Assembly (NCBI GenBank): GCA_037190965.1
Contig: JBBCKI010000072.1
Coordinates: 47,821-111,820, forward strand
DNA: 64,000 nt
Source: Chthoniobacteraceae bacterium
GTDB lineage: Bacteria; Verrucomicrobiota; Verrucomicrobiia; Chthoniobacterales; Chthoniobacteraceae
Direction: 5' to 3'
The notes below the pieces were generated by a model, which worked only from the letters and a program-made list of their open reading frames with translations, had not been told where the DNA came from and ran no database searches. Below, piece after piece: positions 31,160 through 40,941 of the stretch; the first letter of the stretch is position 1, and each line of letters opens with the position of its first letter. The position numbers were made by a program, and so were the translations under genes.

Positions 31160-31303
31160 GGTAGTCCGCTCGCGCCGCGAGCGCGGGTTTGACTTTCGTG
31201 TCTCCTTGAAAGTCGCATCCCAACAAGTATAGCCCGTTCGGCAGGGATGAATTCAAACGAGCCTCCTGATCGTCTCCCGCGCTCTCGGCGAGAGCGTGCT
31301 ACC
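31160..31303. repeat. GTAG-type REP doublet (REPIN)
   Basis: Inverted 28-mers at 31160-31187 and 31276-31303, 24/28 identical, each GTAG plus a palindrome. Confidence 0.7.
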
Positions 31304-31377
31304 TTGGCCCGTCCTGCAAAGCACCTCTCCATTTCCAGGATCGCCAAGGGACCTGTTTCGACGGCAGACTCCCTCCC

Positions 31378-32049
31378 GTGCTTTTCGAAGAAATCGAACT
31401 CCTCAACGACCCCGAACCCCGGGGGGCTGCCTTCAACATGGCCCTGGACGAAGCCCTGCTTTTTCATGCGCACGGGCAGAGACCTCTTCTGCGCGTTTAC
31501 CGTTGGGTCAGGCCGGCGGTTTCGTTCGGGTACTTCGAGAGGTGGGAGCCTGTCGTGGCGGCAAGCCCGGAGCGCGAAGCGATCCGTCGCTGGACCGGCG
31601 GGGGCGTAGTCCTGCATGGAGAGGATTGGACCTACTCGGTAATTGTCCCCCGAAGTCATCCGTTTGCCCGGAATCGTGCCACGGAATCATACCGGGTTCT
31701 GCATGCGCTGCTGGCGAAAGCGATGGAGGCGGAAGCCGGAGGACTGGTCCTTACCCCTGAAGCCGCCGAAAAGCGATCCCGCGCCTGTTTTGAAAATCCG
31801 GCTCAATATGATCTCCTGCGCAACGGCGAGAAGATCGCGGGGGCGGCTCAGCGGCGTTCACGCCTCGGGCTCTTGCACCAGGGGAGCGTGCAAGGGGTTT
31901 CGCTACCCTGTCAGTTTGCGGAGCGGTTTGCGGCGGTTCTCGCGGTACGCATCATTCCCCGTGCCGTCACCTCGCAGGAATGGGAGGCCGCGTTGCAACT
32001 GGAAGAGGCCAAATACGGCACGGAAGCGTGGAACCGTCGGATTGGCTAG
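31378..32049 (+). CDS. Lipoate-protein ligase A / LipM-like protein
   Basis: NMALDEAL, LRVYRW, RRWTGGG.VLH, KIAGAAQRR, LHQGS. Confidence 0.9.
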   Translation: MLFEEIELLNDPEPRGAAFNMALDEALLFHAHGQRPLLRVYRWVRPAVSFGYFERWEPVVAASPEREAIRRWTGGGVVLHGEDWTYSVIVPRSHPFARNRATESYRVLHALLAKAMEAEAGGLVLTPEAAEKRSRACFENPAQYDLLRNGEKIAGAAQRRSRLGLLHQGSVQGVSLPCQFAERFAAVLAVRIIPRAVTSQEWEAALQLEEAKYGTEAWNRRIG

Positions 32050-32292
32050 GTTGTGTGTACGAATTGAGAAAAGTGAGCCTTCGGTTGCAAGGATTGTGGC
32101 GTCGCGGAGCTCCGCCCTCCGTTGGAGGGTATTTCACTCTGGAAGCCTTCACCCTGCGCGCGCTTGCCGCGCGGTAGATGGAGGGCGGAGCTCCGCGACG
32201 CCGCCTATGGCCAAAGGCCCTCTATTCAACGCCTGCTTGTGCGGCCTTTTCTTGACCGCACCGATCTTTCCAAATTCGTAAACACAACCTAG
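32046..32292. mobile_element. MITE with terminal inverted repeats and an internal REP doublet
   Basis: Ends CTAGGTTGTGTGTACGAATTGAGAAA / revcomp CTAGGTTGTGTTTACGAATTTGGAAA (23/26); perfect internal 23-bp inverted repeat at 32098-32120 / 32180-32202. Confidence 0.75.
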
Positions 32293-32294
32293 CC

Positions 32295-33527
32295 TTACCT
32301 TCCGTGTAAAAAAGCCAAGGCGCTTTTGGCCGCGCGAGTCCCCGTGGCAAAGCATCCTTGCATGAGATAGCCGCCTGTCGGGGCTTCCCAGTCGATCATC
32401 TCGCCCGCGACAAACACGCCGGGGCGTTGCCGAAGCATCAGGCCGTCCGTCAGTTCCTCCCCGCGAACCCCTCCTGCGGAGGAGATTGCCTCCGCGATGG
32501 GGCGAGGGGCACTGAGCGGCAGCCGGAAATCCTTGGTTTCCGCCGCGAGCGCCTCGGCGGAGGCAAACGGCTCGCGGGTTTCCAGCAGGGCAAAAGCGGC
32601 CTCGCTCAAACGCCAACGTCCCCGCGCCTCCGCGAGCCAATTCTTCCGGAGGGGGCCGAGGCGCGCAAGGAGGCTTTTTGCGCTTGAACCGGGCTTGAGA
32701 TCGATCGACAGAACGGCCCCTCCCTGTTGCTTTGCTGCCGTTCGCAAAGCCGCGCCAATCTGGTAGAGAGCGCCCCCTTCCAGGCCGTAGCGAGCAATCA
32801 TTAGTTCGCCCGTGGCTTCATGATCGCCGCAACGCACGGCAATATTTTTGAGCGGTTTACCCTCTGCTTTGGCAAGAAACTCCGGCGTCCATAACGTCTC
32901 CGAGACTTCCCAACCGCAGTTCGCCGGTTCGAGCGGGGCAATCGAAATGCCCAGCCTTTCCAGCGTGGAGCACCATTGGCCATCGGAGCCGGTTTCCGGC
33001 CACGATCCGCCACCCAACGCAAGGATGACGGCATCCGCTGAGAAGAGAACGGGGTTGTCGTCCACGGTAAATTCCAGAGAGATTGGCGTCCCTGGGAGGG
33101 CATCCGCGATGCCGGTCCAGCGGTGGTTCATGGCAAACTTCACACCAACCCCCCGGAGTCGCTCGATCCAGCGGCGCAGCAGGGGAGCCGCTTTCAGGGC
33201 CTTGGGATAGACCCGTCCCGTGGAGGCTGCAAAGGTTTCCACCCCCAGGCCCGCCGCCCATGCACGTAGGGCGTCCGCGTCGAAATCCGCTAGCATTGCC
33301 TCCCACTGGGGCGGGGAAAGCCCCGGCCCGGAGTAACGTGTTACAAACTGCTCGCGAGGTTCGGCTTTCGTCAGGTTCAACCCGCCGCGTCCGGCCACGA
33401 GGAACTTGCGTCCCACGGAACGCTTTGCGTCAAAAAGGGTAACTTCCGCATTGGCTCCAGCGGCTTCGGCGGCCACTTCTGCCGCGCGCAAACCGGCCGG
33501 GCCGCCGCCAACCACTGCAATCTTCAT
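32295..33527 (-). CDS. HI0933-family flavoprotein (second paralog)
   Basis: GGGPAG, GRKFLVAGRGGLNLT, AISSAGG, GEMIDWEAPTGGYL. Confidence 0.9.
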   Translation of the reverse strand: MKIAVVGGGPAGLRAAEVAAEAAGANAEVTLFDAKRSVGRKFLVAGRGGLNLTKAEPREQFVTRYSGPGLSPPQWEAMLADFDADALRAWAAGLGVETFAASTGRVYPKALKAAPLLRRWIERLRGVGVKFAMNHRWTGIADALPGTPISLEFTVDDNPVLFSADAVILALGGGSWPETGSDGQWCSTLERLGISIAPLEPANCGWEVSETLWTPEFLAKAEGKPLKNIAVRCGDHEATGELMIARYGLEGGALYQIGAALRTAAKQQGGAVLSIDLKPGSSAKSLLARLGPLRKNWLAEARGRWRLSEAAFALLETREPFASAEALAAETKDFRLPLSAPRPIAEAISSAGGVRGEELTDGLMLRQRPGVFVAGEMIDWEAPTGGYLMQGCFATGTRAAKSALAFLHGR

Positions 33528-33539
33528 AGACCCCGTAGT

Positions 33540-34352
33540 TCACAAGGGTCCACACGCCGCGTCGAGCATCTTGTGGAGCGGTTTCTCCGCGATTCTCATA
33601 TACATGGCGGAGTCCAGCTCCCAAGCGTGGCGCAAGGTATCGAGATGGTCGGCGGGCAGTACGGCGGGGCGGGGTAGCGAGGGGTCGTACGGCAGTTCCA
33701 GCGTCACCATCGCGGGGGCGCTGCCGTCGGGGTAACGCAGCCCGTAGCCGCACCATTGGCCGAGCGAACCGGGGCAAACCTGCGTTTCGAAGCCCGGGTC
33801 GGGTGCGTCCTCCCAGACGCGAAACCGGTACGGCGCGCGTTCTTCTTCGCTGAGCGCCTCCCACATCGCTCTGGCGAGGGGCGTGGATTGCGGCCCGTCG
33901 GCATCGATCTCCGCCAGCGCCCAATGCAGGCTGACGATGCGGCTGGGGCGCATTTCGATAATCAGGTCGCGCAACGCACGGCTCTCCGGTTCCGACCACG
34001 GGGCGGGTCCCGGCGGCTCTTCGCTCGATGGGCTCCAGTTCGTTTCACAATTGCGATTCAGGTCAACCCGGTTGGCGTTGTACCGGCTGTTGCGCGCGTA
34101 TCCGTCGGGGTTGGCCACCGGAATGGCGGCAACGCCGAGATTAGGTGCACCCGGGCGCAGGCGATTTTCCAGAAAGGACTCAAGAACGAGCACCGTCGCG
34201 CGTTCGTCGCCGTGCAGCCCTCCGATCAGGAGCGTTCCGCCCGCGGGATCCCCTTTGCCATGGAGAAAAAGATCCCGTCCTTCTACCGATTGCCCGTAAA
34301 TTCGGGTGAAAAGGGGGGTTGAGTTACCGAGGTTCCGCCCGGAAAGTGTCAT
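33540..34352 (-). CDS. M14 zinc carboxypeptidase, MpaA-like murein peptide amidase
   Basis: GQSVEGR, GGLHGDE, NPDG, RYNANRVDLNRN, SEPE, SLH. Confidence 0.8.
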   Translation of the reverse strand: MTLSGRNLGNSTPLFTRIYGQSVEGRDLFLHGKGDPAGGTLLIGGLHGDERATVLVLESFLENRLRPGAPNLGVAAIPVANPDGYARNSRYNANRVDLNRNCETNWSPSSEEPPGPAPWSEPESRALRDLIIEMRPSRIVSLHWALAEIDADGPQSTPLARAMWEALSEEERAPYRFRVWEDAPDPGFETQVCPGSLGQWCGYGLRYPDGSAPAMVTLELPYDPSLPRPAVLPADHLDTLRHAWELDSAMYMRIAEKPLHKMLDAACGPL

Positions 34353-34374
34353 GAGCATGAGTAAACAGAAAAAA

Positions 34375-35436
34375 ATGCATGCCGTCATCCGCGCGATGCA
34401 TCCACGTAAGGTGTTCCGCATCAGCCGTGGCGCAAGGACGGAAATCACGAACGTTTTTGTTCGAATCACCGCGCGGGGTGTTTCCGGCTATGGCGAGGCC
34501 TCCCCAAGCCTCTTTTATGGAGAATCGGCGGCGGGCGTCCTCGCGCGTTTGGAGGCGGCCCGTCCTCTGGTTGAGGCGTTGGAGATCGAGACCCCTGGCG
34601 ACATCGCCCTCGCGTGGTCGGACCTTTGGCCGGTGGTCTCCCCGTCGCGCGCGGCGCAATGCGCGCTCGATATCGCCCTCTGGGATTGGCTGGCTCGAAG
34701 CCGGGGGCAAACCGTGGCGGAACTCGCGCTCGGCAGGCTGCCCGGCCCCGTGAAGAGCTTTTGCACCATCGGGCTTTCCGATTATGAGGAGTTGGACGAA
34801 AAAGTTCGGGAACTTCACGGCTTCCCCGCGATCAAAATCAAATCAGGCACGGAGGCGAGCCTTGATCCCATCCGGTTCGTTCGCGAGCGAGTAGGCCCGG
34901 GACCGGCGATTGCCGTCGACGCGAACTGCTCGTGGGCGGAGGCTGATATCCCGATGCTCTCCGGCGAGCTCTCCCGTCTCGGGGTGGTCTTTTTGGAGCA
35001 GCCGCTCCCACCGGAGCAAAATGGTCGGATGCCTGCGCTTGCAGCTGCTTCGCGCGTCCCCATCATGGCGGATGAAAGCTGTGTCCTTCAGGAGGATGTG
35101 GAGCAGATCAAGGGGGTGTTCGCCGGGTTCAATATCAAGCTCGTTAAATGCGGTGGGCTCACCCCGGCGTTGGCGATGTTGCGGCGAGGGCGCGAACTGG
35201 GCCTCCGTGTCATGGTCGGCTGCATGCTCGAAAGCAGCCTCTTGATTTCCGCCGGTGCCGTGATCGCTCAGGCGACTGATTATGCCGACCTCGACGGCTC
35301 CTGGCTGCTGGCGGATGATCCCTTCGTTGTTCCCGGAACCGAGGCCGGATTGCCATTGAGCGCCGGGATTCTCTCTCCCGGGGCGGGAACGGGCTTCGGG
35401 GTCGAGCCGGTCGAGGGATTATTCCAGGAGTTTTAG
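34375..35436 (+). CDS. L-Ala-D/L-Glu dipeptide epimerase (enolase superfamily)
   Basis: FRISRG, GYGEA, KIK, VDAN, EQP, ADES, NIKLVKCGG, GCM.ES, DLDG. Confidence 0.9.
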   Translation: MHAVIRAMHPRKVFRISRGARTEITNVFVRITARGVSGYGEASPSLFYGESAAGVLARLEAARPLVEALEIETPGDIALAWSDLWPVVSPSRAAQCALDIALWDWLARSRGQTVAELALGRLPGPVKSFCTIGLSDYEELDEKVRELHGFPAIKIKSGTEASLDPIRFVRERVGPGPAIAVDANCSWAEADIPMLSGELSRLGVVFLEQPLPPEQNGRMPALAAASRVPIMADESCVLQEDVEQIKGVFAGFNIKLVKCGGLTPALAMLRRGRELGLRVMVGCMLESSLLISAGAVIAQATDYADLDGSWLLADDPFVVPGTEAGLPLSAGILSPGAGTGFGVEPVEGLFQEF

Positions 35437-35445
35437 CTGGACGTT

Positions 35446-35778
35446 CTAAATCTCGGTGGGTTGGGCAGGCTGGGCGGCGGGAGCAGCTTTACGAAACCGG
35501 GAAGCCACCGCAAGGCAACCGCGCACGGCCGTTCCGGCCAAACCGCCGATACCGACAAAGCCGATCAAGTTAAGCGCCCAGGCCTGCTGGGTCACCGTCA
35601 GCGGAAGGCGCGTAAAATTTTCTTGAGCTCCCTTCTCTAGCAGCCTGATGCCGGCTGTTCCCGCAGCCACGAAAAGGATGGCGCAAACGAACAGAACCCA
35701 GCCCTTGCGACCCCGGCTTGCCAGGAAGGTCAGAACTGCTGCTGCGGCGACGATGAGGCCGATAAAAGTCAGGGTCAT
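35446..35778 (-). CDS. Small membrane protein
   Basis: Three hydrophobic segments; ATGA overlap with the upstream gene. Confidence 0.65.
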   Translation of the reverse strand: MTLTFIGLIVAAAAVLTFLASRGRKGWVLFVCAILFVAAGTAGIRLLEKGAQENFTRLPLTVTQQAWALNLIGFVGIGGLAGTAVRGCLAVASRFRKAAPAAQPAQPTEI

Positions 35779-36002
35779 TTGGATTTCAGAAGGTTGACGA
35801 GCCCCTCGGCGAGGAACCCGATTCCGAGACCGATCAGTGCACCGAAAGGAACGGTGAAGAGGGAGAAAACGAAAAACTGGACGATGATGCCGCCCGTTGT
35901 CGCCTGAACAGGAGCGCCTTTATAGGCGGTGATCAGACCGATGATGGTATAAGCCAATCCGGCCAGCGCCCCTACGATGGAGATTTGTTTTCTAAGAATC
36001 AT
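35775..36002 (-). CDS. Small membrane protein
   Basis: Two TM helices; coupled to the downstream gene. Confidence 0.6.
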   Translation of the reverse strand: MILRKQISIVGALAGLAYTIIGLITAYKGAPVQATTGGIIVQFFVFSLFTVPFGALIGLGIGFLAEGLVNLLKSK

Positions 36003-36086
36003 GAGCGTGAAGGCAATTCGCAAGAATGGCCCTGGCACCTGCCAAGATTCCAAAGTCGTGGGTAGGATACAATCGGAAAATACGGG

Positions 36087-37172
36087 TTAAACCCTGGCAA
36101 CCGTGTTGTTCTTGAAGAACGTCGGGACAGTCAGATTCGCCGGTCCTTGTTTGGAGGTGGGATGGGTCACCAGACGGCAGATCTTGCGCGCATGCTCCCG
36201 AGGGTCGGTGTAATACCAGGCGGGCAATGGCCGGAGCCGATCCAGGAAGCTCTCCCACTGAAAGGAAATGAGGGAAACCTCCGTTGGAATTCGAATTCCC
36301 TTCTCCAAAAACCAGCTCATGGCCACCAGCGTGTCCATTGCGTGGGAGATCAGGATGGCTGTGGGATGCGGCCTCTGGGTGAACATGCGTTGCAGGCGCG
36401 AGCGAATTTGGTCCACCTGGCCGGAATGCTTGACCACCCGATGGGTCGCGGCGGCCGACCCGATTCCTTGAAAGGCTTCGACAAACCCTGCTTCCTCCGC
36501 CGCTTCGCCAGCCGAGCCGAGGTTTCGCATCATGTAGACGATGTCGCGATGGCCGAGCCCCAGGAAAACACCGGCTGCGTGTCGGGTCACTGCCCGCAGG
36601 TCATCATTGACGAAGGAAAAGGTAATCTGGGGAAAGGTGTTTCCCATCATCACCAGTTTCAGCTTTCGATCTTGGAACCAGCGCTGGACGGCGGCGGAAG
36701 CCTTGGCCAGGATCCAATAATCCGCCTGGGCTTGCCGCACCAGTTTCTCCAGCACGGCTCCCGAGCCTCGCCCTCCCAACCGCAGCTCTACCACCAACTC
36801 GAAATGAAAGCCGTGACGGTGGAATTCCTTTCGCATCTCATCGATCACGATCAGCGGCCATGAGGAGACGGAATCCGGGTTTTCTCCAAAAAGCAAAACC
36901 ACCCGTTTCTCTTGCGATCTCGCAGCGGTTCCGGAGAAGCCGCCGATGATCTTGGCAGGATGTCCTCGGGTAATCCGCAGCAGACCCTCGTCCTGGAGAG
37001 CATGTAGAGCTCTCCGAAGGATCGGGCGGCTGACATCGAAGGACTTGCATAACACGCGTTCCGCGGGAAGTTGCATGGCCCAAAGCCCCGCGCGAATGGA
37101 ATCGCGCAGACCCTCGGTGATTTGATCCACCAGGGTCGTTCGTTTGAAGTCAGGCTCGCCGGGATTCGTCAT
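36087..37172 (-). CDS. GntR wHTH plus LacI-type ligand-binding transcriptional regulator
   Basis: LPAERVLCKSFDVSRPILRRAL; C-terminal GIRIPTEVSLISF. Confidence 0.88.
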   Translation of the reverse strand: MTNPGEPDFKRTTLVDQITEGLRDSIRAGLWAMQLPAERVLCKSFDVSRPILRRALHALQDEGLLRITRGHPAKIIGGFSGTAARSQEKRVVLLFGENPDSVSSWPLIVIDEMRKEFHRHGFHFELVVELRLGGRGSGAVLEKLVRQAQADYWILAKASAAVQRWFQDRKLKLVMMGNTFPQITFSFVNDDLRAVTRHAAGVFLGLGHRDIVYMMRNLGSAGEAAEEAGFVEAFQGIGSAAATHRVVKHSGQVDQIRSRLQRMFTQRPHPTAILISHAMDTLVAMSWFLEKGIRIPTEVSLISFQWESFLDRLRPLPAWYYTDPREHARKICRLVTHPTSKQGPANLTVPTFFKNNTVARV

Positions 37173-37263
37173 CTTCAAGGCGGCAATTAAGGTTATGGAT
37201 TCGTGGTGGGCAATGGAATTTTCCACGGCTTTACGATGGATGCACGGAATGCGGCCGCTCTTA

Positions 37264-38757
37264 ATGGCTCAAAACACGATGAAAACCACTGAAGATCATG
37301 ATGGCGGTAACGCTTCCCTCCTGGCCGGTGTCGGCAAGAACGAGATCACGACCCGCAGGGCGGCCGCACTCATCCGCGATCCGCTTTATGCCAAGGCTTT
37401 GGTGCTGGCCGATGGATCGAAGGAGATCGTCATCATCACGATGGACGTGGTCGCCATCGGGGGGATCTGCGATGTGAGCGACGCCTTCCTGCCTTCATTG
37501 CGGCGGCGCATCGAGGCCGAACTGGGTATTCCCGGCAATCGTGTCATGGTGAACGCCTCTCACACGCATCCTCCCGGCGAAATTGTTTGTGGGGAAGAGG
37601 AATTGATTGAGCGGACTTTCGATGCCGTTCGGCAGGCGCGGGGAAGCCTTGTGCGGGTGGTGATCGGCGTCGGTTCCGGATCCGAAAGCCGGATCAGCAT
37701 GAACCGCAATCTGAGTCTCAAGGACGGCAGCCATTGGACGATTCGCCACGCCAATCCATGCCCGCCGGATGAGGTCATGGCCGACATCGGGCCGTCGGAC
37801 CCGGAAGTCGGCGTCCTTCGGATCGACCGCGAGGATGGCGCCCCTTTTGCCGTGGTCTATAATTTCGCCTGTCATCCCTTGTTCGGGGATGCCATCGGGA
37901 GCGTGACGGCCAACTACCCCGGTGTCGCATCCCGGATCATTGAAGAGCATTGGGGTCACGAAACCATGGCCTTCTTCCTCCAAGGCGCCGCAGGGGATGT
38001 CATTGACGTGGAGTTCAAGGATTTCCACCGGGCGAGGGATGTCGAGCCGATGGGCATCCTGCTCGGGTTGGAGGTTCTCCGTGTGCTCAAGCGAGTTTCA
38101 CCCGGGAGTTCCACCATGGAGATGATATCCGAGTCCCTCGAACTTCCCCGAAAGGATGATTTTTGCGACCGGATGGCCAGTCTCAGGAAGGAGAAGGAGG
38201 AACTTTTTGAGTCTCTCCGGTTCACCAGTCTGAATTTCGCGGATTTTCTGTCGCTCTATCATCAGCAAACCCTCAATGCCAATTTCCCTTCGGGGTACGC
38301 GTATCACTATCTTCGGGAGGCAAAGCAAGGGGACGAAAAGCGCGCGCAGATGGATCGCTTGAACCGCGCGAATATTGAGAAATACCTAAGTAACATCCAG
38401 GCGATGGAACGAATGGCAAGGATCTGCGACGATCTGGCGACCTTGCGGCGGCATCAGATCATCAATAAGGAAAGCGGAAGCCAAACCATTACGGCAGAGA
38501 TTCAGGGAATCCGAATCGGGAGTGCCGTAATCCTGACTGCTCCGCTGGAGGTTTTAACGCAGGTGGCGCTCAACGTCAAAGCGGCGTCCCCTCACAGGTA
38601 TACCTTCATCGCGGCCTTCTCCAATGGCTATATGCACTACGGCCCCCCGTCCACCGATTACGACAAGGGAGGTTACGAGGTGACCGAATGCTTTCTGGCG
38701 CCGGAATGGCAGGCGCTTTTCGAGTCCAAAGCGCAGGAAATTCTTCAGCGGTTGTAG
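37264..38757 (+). CDS. Neutral ceramidase-like metallohydrolase
   Basis: DPLYAKAL, NASHTH, NR, YNFACHP, ANYPG, QGAAGD, GGYE. Confidence 0.78.
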   Translation: MAQNTMKTTEDHDGGNASLLAGVGKNEITTRRAAALIRDPLYAKALVLADGSKEIVIITMDVVAIGGICDVSDAFLPSLRRRIEAELGIPGNRVMVNASHTHPPGEIVCGEEELIERTFDAVRQARGSLVRVVIGVGSGSESRISMNRNLSLKDGSHWTIRHANPCPPDEVMADIGPSDPEVGVLRIDREDGAPFAVVYNFACHPLFGDAIGSVTANYPGVASRIIEEHWGHETMAFFLQGAAGDVIDVEFKDFHRARDVEPMGILLGLEVLRVLKRVSPGSSTMEMISESLELPRKDDFCDRMASLRKEKEELFESLRFTSLNFADFLSLYHQQTLNANFPSGYAYHYLREAKQGDEKRAQMDRLNRANIEKYLSNIQAMERMARICDDLATLRRHQIINKESGSQTITAEIQGIRIGSAVILTAPLEVLTQVALNVKAASPHRYTFIAAFSNGYMHYGPPSTDYDKGGYEVTECFLAPEWQALFESKAQEILQRL

Positions 38758-38775
38758 CCGCTTTGCCTGGGGCGT

Positions 38776-39219
38776 TCAGACCGCGACGGAGGGAGGCGGC
38801 GCTTCATCGGTTTCCACTTCATCGGCTTCTTCTTCGCTGGCATCTGCCAGGGCGAGAGGGGAATCGTGGACCAAGCTGTCGAGCACCTGTTTCAACTCGA
38901 TCAGCCGGATCGGTTTGGCAAGAAAGGCCACCGCGCCGGAGGCTGTTACGTAGGGGTGATCCGCCGTCAGCTTTCCTGAGAAAAGGATGATCTTGGTCTG
39001 CGGGAAACGGGAGAGAATGTGATGGCAGACCGTCAGGCCGTTGAGGCGCGGCATCATGATGTCCATGACGATGATGTCGGGCTGGAAACGATCGACGTTT
39101 TTCACGACATCGATGCCGCCCGACGTGACGGTTGCCACTACCTCTTCGTTGCAATGACGCACGTAAGAGGCAAGGGCGGAGGCCAGCTCCCTGTCATCAT
39201 CGGCTATTAGAACACGCAC
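38776..39219 (-). CDS. Single-domain response regulator
   Basis: IADDD, MDIMMPRLNG, AKP. Confidence 0.9.
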   Translation of the reverse strand: MRVLIADDDRELASALASYVRHCNEEVVATVTSGGIDVVKNVDRFQPDIIVMDIMMPRLNGLTVCHHILSRFPQTKIILFSGKLTADHPYVTASGAVAFLAKPIRLIELKQVLDSLVHDSPLALADASEEEADEVETDEAPPPSVAV

Positions 39220-39256
39220 GGAGGTACTCTGTAGAATTTTCCGTGCCAGATTGGCC

Positions 39257-40078
39257 TTATTCCTTCAACCCCGAGAGAGACATGCCTCGGATGATCTGTT
39301 TTTGGAAGAGGAGGAAGATGATAATGACCGGGAGCGTGCAAAAGACGCTGACGGCAAAAGTGAGCCCGTAGTCCGACGCATAGGAGGTCTGGAAAAGGGC
39401 AATCCCGACCGGGAGGGTATAGCGGTCGAGGGAATCGAGGAAGACCAGCGGCGCGAGAAAGTCGTTCCACGAGCCGATGAAAGTGAAGATGCCAAGGGTT
39501 GAAAGCGCCGGGCGCGCGAGAGGAAGTGCGATGGACCAGAAGATGCGAAGAGGGCCCGCGCCGTCCATTGCGGCGGATTCTTCGAGTTCTTTCGGGAGAT
39601 CGACAAAGAACTGGTGGAGCAGGAAAACGCCAAAGGCCCCGGCTCCCGCAGGGACGATCAGCGCGAGCGGCGTGTCGAGCCACCCAAGCCAATTGAGGAT
39701 CAGGTAGACGGGGACAAGCAGGATTTGCCCGGGCACCATCATCGTGGCGATCAGAAGGGGGAAGAACCATCGCTTGCCGGGCGGTTGTAGCCGCGCCAGC
39801 GCGTAGGCCGACAGCGACGAAACCGCAAGAACGAGAAAAGTCACCGAGCCGGAAATGAGAAAACTGTTAAAAAACCAACGGGCAATCGGGATCTCCTCCG
39901 CGTTGCCGAGCACCGTGCGAAAGTTATCGAGCGTCCATCGCTGCGGAAGGATGCTCTCGAAATGGATGATCTCGGATTCGGGCTTGAACGCGGTGAGAAA
40001 GATCAGCGCCACCGGGGCGAGAAAGAGCAGCGCAAGGAGCATGACGAAGAGTTCCAGCAGGCGGGATTTTCGTTTCAT
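39257..40078 (-). CDS. Carbohydrate ABC transporter permease
   Basis: LPKELEESAAMDGA EAA loop; WNDFL.PL. Confidence 0.93.
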   Translation of the reverse strand: MKRKSRLLELFVMLLALLFLAPVALIFLTAFKPESEIIHFESILPQRWTLDNFRTVLGNAEEIPIARWFFNSFLISGSVTFLVLAVSSLSAYALARLQPPGKRWFFPLLIATMMVPGQILLVPVYLILNWLGWLDTPLALIVPAGAGAFGVFLLHQFFVDLPKELEESAAMDGAGPLRIFWSIALPLARPALSTLGIFTFIGSWNDFLAPLVFLDSLDRYTLPVGIALFQTSYASDYGLTFAVSVFCTLPVIIIFLLFQKQIIRGMSLSGLKE

Positions 40079-40941
40079 CGTTGTGACCTTCCTAGGCGGA
40101 ATTGGATGGCGGCGAACACCGCGATGATGAGAAACAAAAGCCAGCTCATCGCCGCGCCATAGCCCATCCGGTAGTGGTTGAATGCGGTTTCGTAGATATA
40201 TTGCACCAGCACCCGAGTGCTTAGTTCCGGGCCGCCGCGCGTGACCATGAAGGTCTGCCCGAAGACCTGGAACGCGCCAATCAGGCCCGTGACGACAACA
40301 AACAGAAGCACCGGGCGCAGTAGCGGGAGGGTGATATAGCGGAACTGCGCCCAGCGTCCCGCCCCGTCGAGGGAAGCGGCCTCGTAGTAAGACTCCGGGA
40401 TCTGCTGGAGACCCGCGAGTAGCACCAGCATGGAGCCGCCCACCGTCCACCAGAGCGTCATCAGGACAATGGAGGGCATTGCAAATCGAGGGTCGGAGAT
40501 CCAGGGGATCGTGATGCCGATGCGCCCCAGCCACGCGTTGAAGAGGCCGAAGTCATTGCTGTAAAACCAGCGCCAGAGGATGCCGACGACGCTCACGCTC
40601 ATCATCGTCGGGAGCAGAAAGGCCGCGCGGTAGAACCCCTGCCTGCGCGGGATGTTATTGAGGCACACCGCGATGCCGAGCGCGAGCGCGAGGGTGCAAG
40701 GGACCGCCAGTACGGCGAAGTAGAGAGTCGCCCTCAGGGCGCGCCAGAAATACTCGTCATTCAGTGCTTCGGTGTAGTTGGCCAGCCCGGCGGGCGCGGG
40801 CGGCGCGGGCGAGAGCATCTCCCATCGGTAGAAGCTCAGGCCGAGGCCAAAGATCAACGGCAGAATCAGGAAGCCCACGAAAAGGATCAGGTGCGGGGCC
40901 AAAAAAAGGAGCGACGAGAAGCGGCGAGTGCGAGAAGTCAT
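40075..40941 (-). CDS. Sugar ABC transporter permease
   Basis: YEAASLDGA..W.QFRYITLP. Confidence 0.93.
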   Translation of the reverse strand: MTSRTRRFSSLLFLAPHLILFVGFLILPLIFGLGLSFYRWEMLSPAPPAPAGLANYTEALNDEYFWRALRATLYFAVLAVPCTLALALGIAVCLNNIPRRQGFYRAAFLLPTMMSVSVVGILWRWFYSNDFGLFNAWLGRIGITIPWISDPRFAMPSIVLMTLWWTVGGSMLVLLAGLQQIPESYYEAASLDGAGRWAQFRYITLPLLRPVLLFVVVTGLIGAFQVFGQTFMVTRGGPELSTRVLVQYIYETAFNHYRMGYGAAMSWLLFLIIAVFAAIQFRLGRSQR

